This document shows positions 15,201 through 27,163 of a stretch of 64,000 nt of DNA, piece by piece. Made by a program: the position numbers and the translations under genes. Below the pieces are notes generated by a model, which worked only from the letters and a program-made list of their open reading frames with translations, was not told where the DNA came from and did no database searches. Source of the stretch: Lama glama (lineage: Eukaryota); assembly GCA_028534125.1 (NCBI GenBank), contig CM052816.1:17052001-17116000 (forward strand). Direction: 5' to 3'. Every line of letters starts with the position of its first letter. The stretch's first letter is position 1.

Positions 15201-18200
15201 TTGATTTGCATTTCTCTAACAATTAGCAATATTAAACATCATTTCATGTGCATTTTGGCCATCAGGATGTCTTCTTTGGAGAGATACCTATTTAGGTCTT
15301 CTGCCCATTTTTTGGTTGGGTTGTTTGTTTTTTGATATTAAGCTATATGAGCTGTTTGCATATTTTGGATATCAGTCTTTTGTTGGTCGAATCATTTGCA
15401 AATATTTCTTCCATTCTATAGGTTGTGATTTCATTTTGTTTATGGTGTCTTTAGCTGTGCAAGAACTTTTAAGTTTAGTTAGATCCCATCTGTTTATTTT
15501 TGCTGTTATATCCATTACTCTAGGAGCTCATCTGAAAAAAAATTGCTGTGATTTATGCCAAAGAGTGTTTTATTTGTTTTCCTCTAGGAGTTTTATAGTA
15601 CGTGGTCTTAATTTATGTCTTTAATCCACTTTGCGTTTATTTTTTTTTAATTTTTAAAACACTTTATCTTCTGTAAAATTTCTTTCATTTATTCTGAGAA
15701 GGAGTTAATTAAATTCATTTCTTTCTTTCCTTTTGAGTGGAGGTAATGGGGATTGAACTCAGGACCTTGTGCATGCTGAGCATGTGCTCTTCCAATGAGC
15801 TATACCTTTCCCCCCCATTTGGAGTTTATTTTTGTATATGGTATTAGAGAATGTTCTAACTTAATTCTTTTACATGTTAGCTGTCTGGTTTTCTCAGGAC
15901 CACTTATTGAAGAGACTGTCTTTTCTCCATTGTATGTTCTTGCCTCCTTTGTCATAGATTAATTGAGCATAAGTGTGTGGGTTTATTTCTGGACTTTCTT
16001 TCGTGTTCCATTGATATATATGTCTGTTTCTGTGCCAGTACTGTATTGTTTGATTACTGTAGCTTTGTAGTATAACCTGAAGCCAGGGAGCGTGATTCCT
16101 CCAGCTCTGTTCTTCTTTCTCAAGATTGTTTGGCTATTCGGTGTCTTTTGTGTTTCCATACAAATTTTAACATTTTTTTTTCCAGTTCTGTGAAAAATAT
16201 CATTGGTAGTTTGATAGGGATTACACTGAATCTGTAGATTGCCTTGGGTAGTATGGCCATTTTAACGATTGATTCTTCCGATCCAAGAACACGGTATATC
16301 TTTCCATCTGTTTGCATCATTTTCATTTCTTTCATCGGTGTCTTATAGTTTTCAGGGTACAGGTCCTTTGCCTCCTTAGGTAGGTTTATTCCTAGGTATT
16401 TCATTCTTTCTGATGCAATAGTAAATGGGATTGTTTGCTTAAGTTTTTTTTTTTTTTGCTATTTCGTTGTTATAGCAACTCCTTTCTTTTTTTTTCTGAT
16501 GTTTTATTAATTTTTTAAATTTTTTGAGTGACAGTCATTTTACAATGTGTCAAATTCTAGTGTAGAGCACAATTTTTCAGTTATACATGAACATATATAT
16601 ATATATATATATTCATTGTCACATTTTTTTTTTCGCTATGAGCTACCTACCACAAGATCTTGTATATATTTCCCTGTGCTATACAGTATAATCTTGTTTA
16701 TTTATTCTGCATTTTAAAATCCCAGTCTGTCCCTTCCCACCCCCGGCCCCCTTCGCAACCGCAAGTTTGTATTTTATGTCTGAATCTGTTTCTGTTTTGT
16801 ATTTATTTTATTTTACTTTTTTAGATTCCTCATATGAGCGATCTCTTATGGTATTTTTCTTTCTCTTTCTGGCTTACTTCAGTTAGAATGACATTCTCCT
16901 GGAACATCCATGTTGCTGCAAATGGCATTGTTGTCAGTTTTATGGCTGAACAGTATTCCATTGTATAAATATACCACAGCTTCTTTATCCAGTCATCTGT
17001 TGATGGACATTTAGGCTGTTTCCATGTCTTGGCTATTGTAAATAGTGCTGCTATGAACATTGGGGTGCAGGTGTCATTTTGAAGTAGGGTTCCTTCTGGG
17101 TGTATGCCCAGGAGCAAGATTCCTGGGTCATATGGTAAGTCTATTCCTAATCTTTTGAGGAATCTCTGTACTGTTTTCCACAATGACTTTCCTTGCTTCC
17201 CTCTCCCACTGTTAATGATTTAGATGTCTTCTTTTACAATTTTGTGTTTATTCTTTTTATGATTCATGGCAGTTATCTCCTTTCCAGTTATGAATTTCTC
17301 ATTTTTGTAGCATCCTGCTTCTTTTCTATTTAGAGTAGACCTGTCATTATTTCTTTTAGCATGGGTTTAGTGTTGCTAAACTCTTTCAGTTTTTGCTTGT
17401 CTGTGAAGTTCTTTATCTCTCCTTCTATTCTAAAGGATAGCCTTGCTGGATAGAGTATCCTAGGCTGCATCTTTTTTTCATTCAGGACTTTGACTGTATC
17501 TTGCCACTCTCTTCTGGCCTGTAGTATTTGTGTAGAGAAATCAGCTGAGAGCCTTATGGGTGTTCCCTTCTAACTCACTCTTTGTATTTTTCTTGCTGCC
17601 TTTAGGATCATTTCATTATCCTTGACTCCTTGACTCTGGCCATCTTGATTATGATATGTCTTGGCATGAGTCTGTTTGGGTTCTTCCTGTTTGGGACCCT
17701 CTGAGCCTCCTGTACTTGGATATCTGACTCACTTAGGTTTGGGAAGTTTTCAGTCATGATTTCTTCAAATACCTTTTCAATCCCCTTTGTTCTTTCTTCC
17801 TCTTCTGGAACCCCTATTATGTGTAGATTGGCACGCTTTATATTATCCCATAGGTCCCTTATATTGTTTTCATTGTTTTTTATTTGTTTTTCTCTCAGCT
17901 GTTCTGATTGGGTGCTTTCTGTTGTCCTGTCTTCTAGGTCATTTATTCGTTCCTCTGCATTATCTAGCCTGCTTTATACAGCCTTTAGGTCAGCTCTCAT
18001 CTCAGCAAATGAGTTTACCAATTCTACTTGGTTCTTCTTTATAGCTTCTATTTCATTTTGGACATATTTTATATCTCTAAACATTATTTCTTTTAGTTCC
18101 TTCAGTACTTCGATCACTCCTTTTTTGAAATCTTGATCTAGTAGGCCATCAATGTTTATTTCCTTGATCGTGCTTTAAGGGGATTTCTCTTGATCTTTTA

Positions 18201-21200
18201 ATTGGGAGTGGTTCCTCTGCTTCATATTGCTCTTATGTCTCTGGCTCTGTGGCTTAAGGAGTATCAGTTATCTAGTTCTCCTGGAGACGGTGTGCTCTTA
18301 ATGATTTTATTGGAGGTCTTTGTGTCTTCGCCCTGTTTTGCAAGCTCAGCTTGCTGTTTCCAGAGGCCTTCTGTTGGCACCCTTGTCTGTGCTGCTCCCA
18401 GTGGCTGTTGGCCAGCAGATCGCGCCCCTCTCCCAGCACTGGGTCACGTGCTGAGTTCTTACCCAGTGGGCAGGCAGGTCACTCCCCCTCCCGATGCTGC
18501 AGTCAGATGATGCGCTCTGGTGAGGCAGGTGGGCGGGTCATGCTCCCTCCCAGCACCTTGGTCAGGTGCTGCATTCCTGCCAGGAAGGCTAGTGGCCGCT
18601 TGCCCTCTTCTGGAGCTGGTTACTCCACTGCTCTGTGCAGCTGCCCGCTCCGCCTCGGGTTGGCGCTCTGAAGGCGAGCTCAGGGATGACCGCGGAACGG
18701 CCCCACCCCGCTCCGTGCCAAATCTCAGCTCCTTGTTTGTCTTGGTGGTGCAAGTTCTCTGAGGTGCCAGGGCAGAAAGATCCTATTTTCCTTGGGCTGT
18801 AAACAAGTCTCAGTTCTGCCTAGGAGGTTGCGGAGCCGCAGGGTGCAGATTCAGGTCTCGGCCCCGCCCCTGCCGGGGTGCTGCACACAGGAGGAGATGG
18901 CACATGTGGTTACTGGCGCCCCACCTCTGTTCTTGTGAGAAGTGCCAGTAATGGCGGCGCAGGTCTGAGGAGACAAAGGCTACGGCACCCCTCCCCCCAT
19001 GGCACACCAGCCATGTTGCTTTGCTTTTTTTCGCAACTTATGGGGGACCGAGGTCGTTCTGCTCTGTATCCCCTCCCAGTGACGGCATGCAGCACCCTGC
19101 AGTCCCTCAGGGCTGCCTCAGTGCAGCTGCCCCAGTCCTCCGCCCGACCCTGGCGGCCTGTCCCGGCTTCAGCTGCCGGCTCGCATCCCAGGCTGGGTGT
19201 CACAGGGACCCTTTGTGCCCGTTTAACTCAGTTCTATTGGTCAAGGGGTGCTCGGGGCAGATCTGAGCCTTGGAGGCTCCCCCTCCATCCCACTGGCCTC
19301 TCTGTTGGAGAGGGGAGACCCAGCAAACGAGCGCCAGTCCTCCTTTGCCGCTCCTTCCCCGTGGGATCGTCCCGCACTGTTTTGCTTTTTCTTCTTTCTT
19401 TTTTCCTTTTCTCCTACCAGGTTTTTGGCGTCTTTGTCTTTCAAAGAGGGCGATGTTCTGTCGGAGTTCGGCAGGTGCTCTGGTTGGCTGAGTAGGTCCG
19501 TAGATGTGAGTTTTGGTGTATTTGTGGGAGAGGGTGAGCTATAAGTGTCCTTCTATTCTACCATCTTGCTTCTCTCCTGCAACTCATTTCTGTATATTAA
19601 TTTTGTATCCTGCAACTTTACTGAATTAGTTGATGAGCTCTAGTTTTCTGCTAGCGTCTTTGGGATTTTCTATGTATAGTATCATGTCATCTGCAAACAG
19701 TGACAATTTTACTTCTTCTTTTCCAATTTGGATGCCTTTTATTTGTTTTTCTTCTCTGATTGCTATGGCTAGAACTTCTAAAACTATGTTGAATAAAAGT
19801 GGTGAAAATGGGCATCCCTGTCTTGTTCCTGATCTTAGAAGAAATGTTTTCAGCTGTTCACCATTAAGTATGATGTTAGCTGTGGGTTTTTCATATATGG
19901 CCTCCATTACATTATGTTCCCTCTGTGCCCACTTTCTGCAGAGGTTTTATCATAAATGGATGTTGAATTTTATCAAAAGCATTTTCTGCATCTCTAGAGA
20001 TGATCATTTGGTTTTTATTATTCAATTTGTTAACGTGATACATCATATTGATTTACGGATATTGAAAAATCTTTGCATCCCTGGGATAAATCCCACTTGA
20101 TCATGCTGTATGATCCCTTTAATGCATTGTTGGACTGATTTAACTTTTTGTTGGTGCTTTGCTTTTTTTTTTTTTTTTGGCTTTTCTTTTTTTTTTTTAA
20201 CATTTTTTATTGATTTATAATCATTTTACAATGTTGTGTCAAATTCCAGTGTTCAGCACAATTTTTCAGTCATTCGTGGACATATACACACTCATTGTCA
20301 CATTTTTTTCTCTGTGTTTTATCATAACATTTTGTGTATATTTCCCTGTGCTATACAGTGTAATCTTGTTTATCTATTCTACAATTTTGAAATCCCAGTC
20401 TATCCNNNNNNNNNNNNNNNNNNNNNNNNNNNNNNNNNNNNNNNNNNNNNNNNNNNNNNNNNNNNNNNNNNNNNNNNNNNNNNNNNNNNNNNNNNNNNNN
20501 NNNNNNNNNNNNNNNNNNNNNNNNNNNNNNNNNNNNNNNNNNNNNNNNNNNNNNNNNNNNNNNNNNNNNNNNNNNNNNNNNNNNNNNNNNNNNNNNNNNN
20601 NNNNNNNNNNNNNNNNNNNNNNNNNNNNNNNNNNNNNNNNNNNNNNNNNNNNNNNNNNNNNNNNNNNNNNNNNNNNNNNNNNNNNNNNNNNNNNNNNNNN
20701 NNNNNNNNNNNNNNNNNNNNNNNNNNNNNNNNNNNNNNNNNNNNNNNNNNNNNNNNNNNNNNNNNNNNNNNNNNNNNNNNNNNNNNNNNNNNNNNNNNNN
20801 NNNNNNNNNNNNNNNNNNNNNNNNNNNNNNNNNNNNNNNNNNNNNNNNNNNNNNNNNNNNNNNNNNNNNNNNNNNNNNNNNNNNNNNNNNNNNNNNNNNN
20901 NNNNNCCACTTGGTCATGTTGTATAATCTTTTTTATGTGTTGTTGGATTCTATTTGCTAAAATTTTGGTGAGGATTTTGGCGTCTATGTTCATCAGTGAT
21001 ATTGGCCTATAATTCTCTTTTTTTGTAGTGTCTTTGCCTGGTTTTGTTGGTGCTTTTCTATGTTTACATGGCATTCTAATTTACTTTTTGGTGGCTTTTA
21101 ACTGTATTTTGAATATCTATTAAATCATTTATAAACTGTATGTTAAAGTGTTTAACTGTATTATATATTTACTGTCATTCTTTTTTCTGAACTTTTGAGT

Positions 21201-24200
21201 TATTCTAAGTAGCTTGTCATTACTATATTGCTTCTATACAACCTTCATTCGTATGCCCTTTTTTCCTTCTTTTGACTTATTTGTATAAATTTATTAGATT
21301 CAAAGAGTGAACTTTTCTATGGCTTTTGATAAATATTTCCAGACTATTTAAAAGTCTTGGCCCAGTTTGCATTGCCATTAGCAGTGTTTTCCTGAGGACC
21401 TGAAAACAGTGAATTTAAATGGGTGTTCTTTATTTTGTTAATTTAGAATTATGCTTTCCAATAAGGTAGCCACTAGGTACATGTGGTTATTTAAATTTAA
21501 ACTTAAACCAACTAAAATTAAATAAAATCTAAAAATCACTCCCATAGGTGTACTAGCCACATTTCAAGTGCCCAGTAGTCACATGTGGTTACTGGCTACC
21601 TTATTGAACAATGCAGATGAGTAGTTCTGTCATTGCAAAAATTTCTGGATAGTACTGATTTAGAGAGGTAAATTCATTAGGTATTTTTTTTATTTACTTA
21701 CCAGCAAGGTTTAATATCGTTTCAAATGCTTGCTATTAACAGTCGTTTTTAGATGGATTCATTGGAGATTTAGTAGTAGTCAGGATTCCTTAACTGCAAG
21801 GCATAGAAACATCTTGGCTAATGGAAAGAAAAAAGGTAATTTATTAGAAGATTAATAGATACGTTGCAGAGTTGAAAGGAAAAACAGAATAATATGGCAG
21901 ATCTGGAGAATTTAGTAACGAAGTTTCATAGAAGAATCTCTTTAGCATGTGGCTATTGCTGTTAGAGTTCAACCTGTTTCCTTCCATCTGTTGTTCTGCT
22001 TAAGAGCAGGTTCCTGTGTGGTGGCAGGAGACAGGTTCTGGCCTAAAGTGGGTCATGTGTCCATTCATCTTCCAGAGTAGAGCTGCTTGTTGTAATTTAT
22101 GTGTGTACCAAGAGCAGTGGTTGGAGGGAGGAGCTGGTTTGTCCCAGAAAAATAGGACTATTACCAAAAGAAAGGGGTAGGGAATATCATGTAGCAAAAA
22201 TAGATATGTCTGTCACGGTGGTCTTCTTGATTTGGTATTGATATCTATAAATTTCAATTAATATTTATATGTTAATATTTTAGTTTTGGGTGATTGGTTG
22301 CATAATGGTAAAAAATACATTCTTTGATACCCGTCTTTGATGAAAGAGAAGTTAGGGGAGAAATATCCCTAGAAGGCACAGGGCCTCACATATTAGCAGC
22401 TCTTAATAAATTTATTTTAGGAAATTAGTGGATACTATATTGCATGAAACTAGAGATTGAAATTTTGGTGACTTAATGTTTTGTCTCTTTGAGTTTTTCT
22501 GTGAGGTAGCTGGCAAACACTTACTGGAGATATTAGGTTGCCTTTGCCTACTTTGTATATCTCATCAAAAGTAGCTGTAGGAAGTTATGTTAGAGACCTA
22601 AGGGAAGTAAACATTAAGTGACAGTTTAGCAGTTCTCAGATGTTTTAGTCTTAAGAATTATTGTTATGATAACAAATATTAGTTATGGTATAATATTTAC
22701 ATGTTATCATAGTGAAAGCACTTGTTGATTTAAACTGGCATTTCAGAAATATTCTGGTTTAGTAAGCAAACATCATCAGATGATTCTGTTTGGGTCATTT
22801 TATAGTTATGATGACTCTAGAGACCTTTGTTAATGTTGATTTTATACCTGTCCCCATTTACCATATTATATATTTTTTTTAATTGAAGTACAGTCAGTTA
22901 CAATGTGTCAGTTTATGGTGTACAGCATAATGTCCCAGTCATGCATATACATACCAATTACAATATTATAAATTAAAACAGCATACTTAAATTATTGGAA
23001 TTGAACTTTGTTGAGTTGTACTTTGGAAGACGCTTAGTTTTTGAAGCTAAACTGTAGCCACTTATGATCTAACAGCCTTTTTTAATCAATAAATGTCTCC
23101 TCCTGTATTAGTTTCAAGTCAGCAGTTCTCAAAACTTTTTGGTCTTTAGATTCCCTTACATTAAAAAAAAAAAAAAAGAAAAGATTCCCTTATACACTTA
23201 ATTTGAGGACCTCAAAGAACTTTTGTTACTGTGGGTTATATCTATTTGGTATTTACTGGGAATTAAAAATGAGAAACTTATTTTTTTGAAGTAGTAATAA
23301 AATATTACCATTGTATGTTAATGTAAAATTTTTTATCAAAAGTTACTTTTCCAAAATCTCCGAAAAATTTTTGAGTGGCATTGTTTTATGTTTTTACACA
23401 TCTCTTTAATGTCTGACTTAATACATGATAGCTAGATTCTTACATTTTCTTTGGCATTTAATTTGTTACCATATGTTATTTTGGTTGAAGTATACGAAGA
23501 AAATCTGGTGTTTTACAAGTATGCAGCTGGAAAAAAGAGGAGACTTTTTTTACCCTTTTCAGATAATTGCGGATATTTTTCTTTGACAATACACCAAAAC
23601 TCCATAAGTGGTAGTTCTTTAAAGGTTATTTGTGATGTGTAACATGAAACCATATCTGAATTTTTGAAACTCTGATCCATTGGTCTGTCTTGTACTTGAG
23701 AATCTTTTAGCCATGTTTGATTTTGTAATATGATGTACTGGTCATTTGGAAAATACTGCTTCACTGAGTTATTTGGAGCTTCCAAATAATATGTTTTGTT
23801 ATATAATATTAAAATGTATATTCTTTAATGTCACCTTTGATTGCATCAAAAATTTTTAAGTATTGAAATGCTATTGAGTTTATAGTGGAGGATAATTCTG
23901 ATTTTCCAGAATTCTAATTTTTGCTTGAAAACTCAAATTTTATCAGTACTGTCACTTGTTTTTCTCGAAGTGACTGTCTTGCTCATTTTTGAGAAAATGC
24001 CAGATAGTCAAATTGGAATAATGATAGTTTGTCTGCCTATCTTTCAAGTAAAAAATGATGTTCCATGGTAAAATTTTAGCTCTCAAACAAGACAAGCATT
24101 GTACTAAGCTATGCAGCAGAGTTGCTTTATGTGTACTTCCCATTTTGTCATACCAAATGTTAAAAAGAAGTGTACTCAAAGGCGGAGATAAAATTAATAA

Positions 24201-27120
24201 TGTGTATTGCTTCATCAAGGACTGGCTCCTTTTTGAAAAATCACAAGTGGGTAGTGATGAAGAATGCAATGGCCATGGTACAGTTTGGTACCACTTGCCT
24301 GGATTTATGCTAAAACACCAAGTAGTTTTTTTCTACCATTAGGCTTGTATCATTATGCAAATAACAGCACAGTGGAAAAAGGCAAATGTTATGAAAACAG
24401 TTCTGATCTTTTGGTTCACAGACGAAAAGAGAACCAGTGGATTAAAAATTTGTGTATGAGTTGTATTTATTGATTGGTGTATTTGTGCATCTGTTATTTC
24501 TCTACATTGTTTGCCATTATATTGTTAAGATTTCAGCTGAGTTCAGTGTGGGAAAAGTGTTGGGATTTATCGTGTGGACAGCATACGATGAACAAAAAGC
24601 AGAAGTTTTGGTTGCTTCTGAGGCTCAGTCTTACCTGTGAAGTTCATGGAAATTTTAAGATTGTTTCTGATGTGCCTTGTATCAGTAGATGGAAAAATTA
24701 TGGCTTTATATTCACAGGTTTATCTAGTATTTGGCTTTATTTAAATATACAGATGTTAGGAGAATCTTTACCTTTAAAAATTTAAAGAGAGATTGGAGAT
24801 TTCTGAAAGAGTTCTTAACTTTATTTTCCCAGTGTTTCACAATCTTTTTCCTAGGCTGTATTGGAAAGGTTTATTTTGGCTTAGGGTTAGGTAATTTTTA
24901 ATTTATATTCATGTGTGCAGAACTACACATCAAAAAACAGCTAATTGGCATTATTATAAAGTTCACTTAAAGCTGTGCTTTTAATGACTTGATAAAACTT
25001 GGACTTTAGAAAGAATGAAAAATTCGATACTCTATGTACTGTTGATGATAGAGCTTCATTTTTGTTAGTTCATTAGTTTCTGATGGTTTGATTTCAGGTG
25101 TACTGTGGGAAAGGTGGTGCAGTGATTGAGGAACAGTTTAGGGTTTTGAGATTCGTTTCCGCTTCGTTTGGATATCTTGCTATTGAAGAAATGTACCTTC
25201 AGCTGACTGTCAGAAGTGTGAGAAATGTAGTAGTAACCTTTTCCTTTAAGCCATTTAATCAAGTAGTTTGCAAAATATCTCAGTTGACATGCTTTATCAA
25301 TTCACCACATTTTCATTAGCTAGATTCCACTTAAGAGTGTAAAGAAGAGGAAAAAGTACTTTGGTCGGAGTTTCAGAAATGTTGGGTGGGAAAAAGTAGA
25401 ATTTATACTTCTGATAATAAGATAATTTTATTAAAGTAAAACATTTTTTGAAGTACCAGAGCATAATAGATATTGACAGGTTCTCTTCCTCCTTCCTGTT
25501 GCCCTAAAAATAATGCATTTGAAATTTTAAAAATTTACAGTTGTTATAAGTTATTGATTTTCTAATAGTGAGGAATCTTCCAGTTTACTCTTGTCATAGG
25601 CATACAGTATTCACAAGTTAATGCAGAAAGTTAAGAACTAGGTTTTGCTTTTGACTGGAAAGGAATATGTGACTTTGTTTTTATTTTGTTTCATAGATAC
25701 ATTTTTTGAAACTGCAGTTTTTTAAATGGTCCTTTTGGTGGGATTCTGGCATATTATCTGGAAATCATCCTAATTTTAGAGTTGAAAAATTAACCATTAA
25801 TGCTTTTCTGAAAATGTATAATGAGTGAACAGTAGTACTCTCTATTGTGCATATGTTTTAGCAATGTCATATTTGTAGTAATTCTTGATATAGTAGTGTG
25901 ATTAATGAAAACAAACATTGGTTTTTCTACTTTACATTAGGTTAGGCTTAAATATTTTTATAGGAGTTCTAGCCAAATTCAAAATTTTGTCTCCCTTTTC
26001 CTGCCTCCCACAAAGTTGCACAATACTTGGGAAGAAATTTGGGACTGTTGATTGGGTCCCTCCTTGTCAGTAGTGACTTCATGTTGCAGCCTGCTTCCTT
26101 TTAGACTGCAGCTCTGATGGCTCAGCAGTTTTTATAATCTGATCAGCATCCTTTATGGTTTTTAAAGTTGCTTTACCTGATGTTTTTGTTGAGAGATGCC
26201 ACAGTGTTCAGAATGGCTTGCAAGGCTCTGTTATACAGGTAAAGTGATCCTTATCAGATTTAATTGAAGCAGAGATTTTATTGAAGTGTTGTTTATAATA
26301 TTAAATATTTGCAAGTGGGAAATTAAATTAATAGTAGTTCCTTATGATAATTCTATCTGGATTACAGAAAAATAGTAATTGGAATAAATGGTTACAAGAT
26401 TGATTTTATGTTCTCAAGAAGATTATGTGATTTTAGGCAGATTTAAAATTAGAGTTAACAGCAGAAGGGGAAAAAGGTCAGAGAATGACAACAATCTTTA
26501 ACATTACACTTGATTGAAGCCTAAAGTATGTGTGACCTTTGTGATTTATTGTTTGTTCTTTTAATCTGGTCTTCCTTATCTGGTGGTTTAGTGAAAAAAA
26601 AATTGGTATTTTTAGGTGGTCTTTATGGCATCTGTCTATATAGTACCTAAGTAATTCGACATTTAATTTGTCACCATTTATTTTTTTGTGTGTTTTTATT
26701 GATCAGAATTTACATTCTTATGATACATATGCTGTTTTGCTTCTGCTGCAAGTATATAACTATACTGGTAAATCATTTTTTGCAGCTATAGGTGTGTGTT
26801 AGCCCTGGTTTGTACATAAGTGCTTTATTCCCCACAGAACTTGGCCAGAATCTTAAAGAATAATTAAATTCTTTGGAATCTGATAAACTAAATCAGTTCT
26901 TTGTCCTTCAGAAATTCAGAGTAAAGTTTTACAGTCACCTTTGTAGCATCATGAATGACAATCTGATTCATGAAGTACAAAATCTATTTAATTTGTTTAC
27001 TATAGTTTTTCAGAGTCAGGAGAAGGTCCTTACTGAAAGCACCTGTTTATTTGATTATCCTAGCGTATTCTTCAGGGCTGAAGAATCTTTGTAATCTAGC
27101 TTGCTGATTACTATATGTAT

Positions 27121-27163
<43 letters not shown>

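Larger units (their letters stand above)
16488..19578 (-). mobile_element. Nested L1 derivative: GC-rich 5'UTR, ORF1, ORF2 3' tip, 3'UTR and polyA (ORF2 largely absent)
   Basis: TSD GCAACTC(C/A)TTTCT at 16475-16487 and 19579-19591; 5' end AGGAGAGAAGCAAGATGG; T-rich tail from 16488. Confidence 0.9.
14347..20137 (-). mobile_element. 5'-truncated host L1 (RT to 3'UTR), interrupted by a SINE and by a nested 3.1-kb L1
   Basis: ORF2 remnants ([37 protein letters not shown]...[20 protein letters not shown]); TSD ATTTAACTTTTT at 14335-14346 and 20138-20149. Confidence 0.9.

Noticed and set aside
17756..19544. Cluster of overlapping ORFs as a hidden gene
   Set aside because: They are explained by the antisense of L1 ORF1 and by stop-poor GC-rich 5'UTR. 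Only the ORF0-like possibility was kept as a finding.
20210..21074. Long ORFs of 188-258 aa
   Set aside because: They are artefacts of translating through the N gap.
25098..25230. Possible exon after TTTCAG| at 25097
   Set aside because: It has an early stop in the required phase and no convincing donor.
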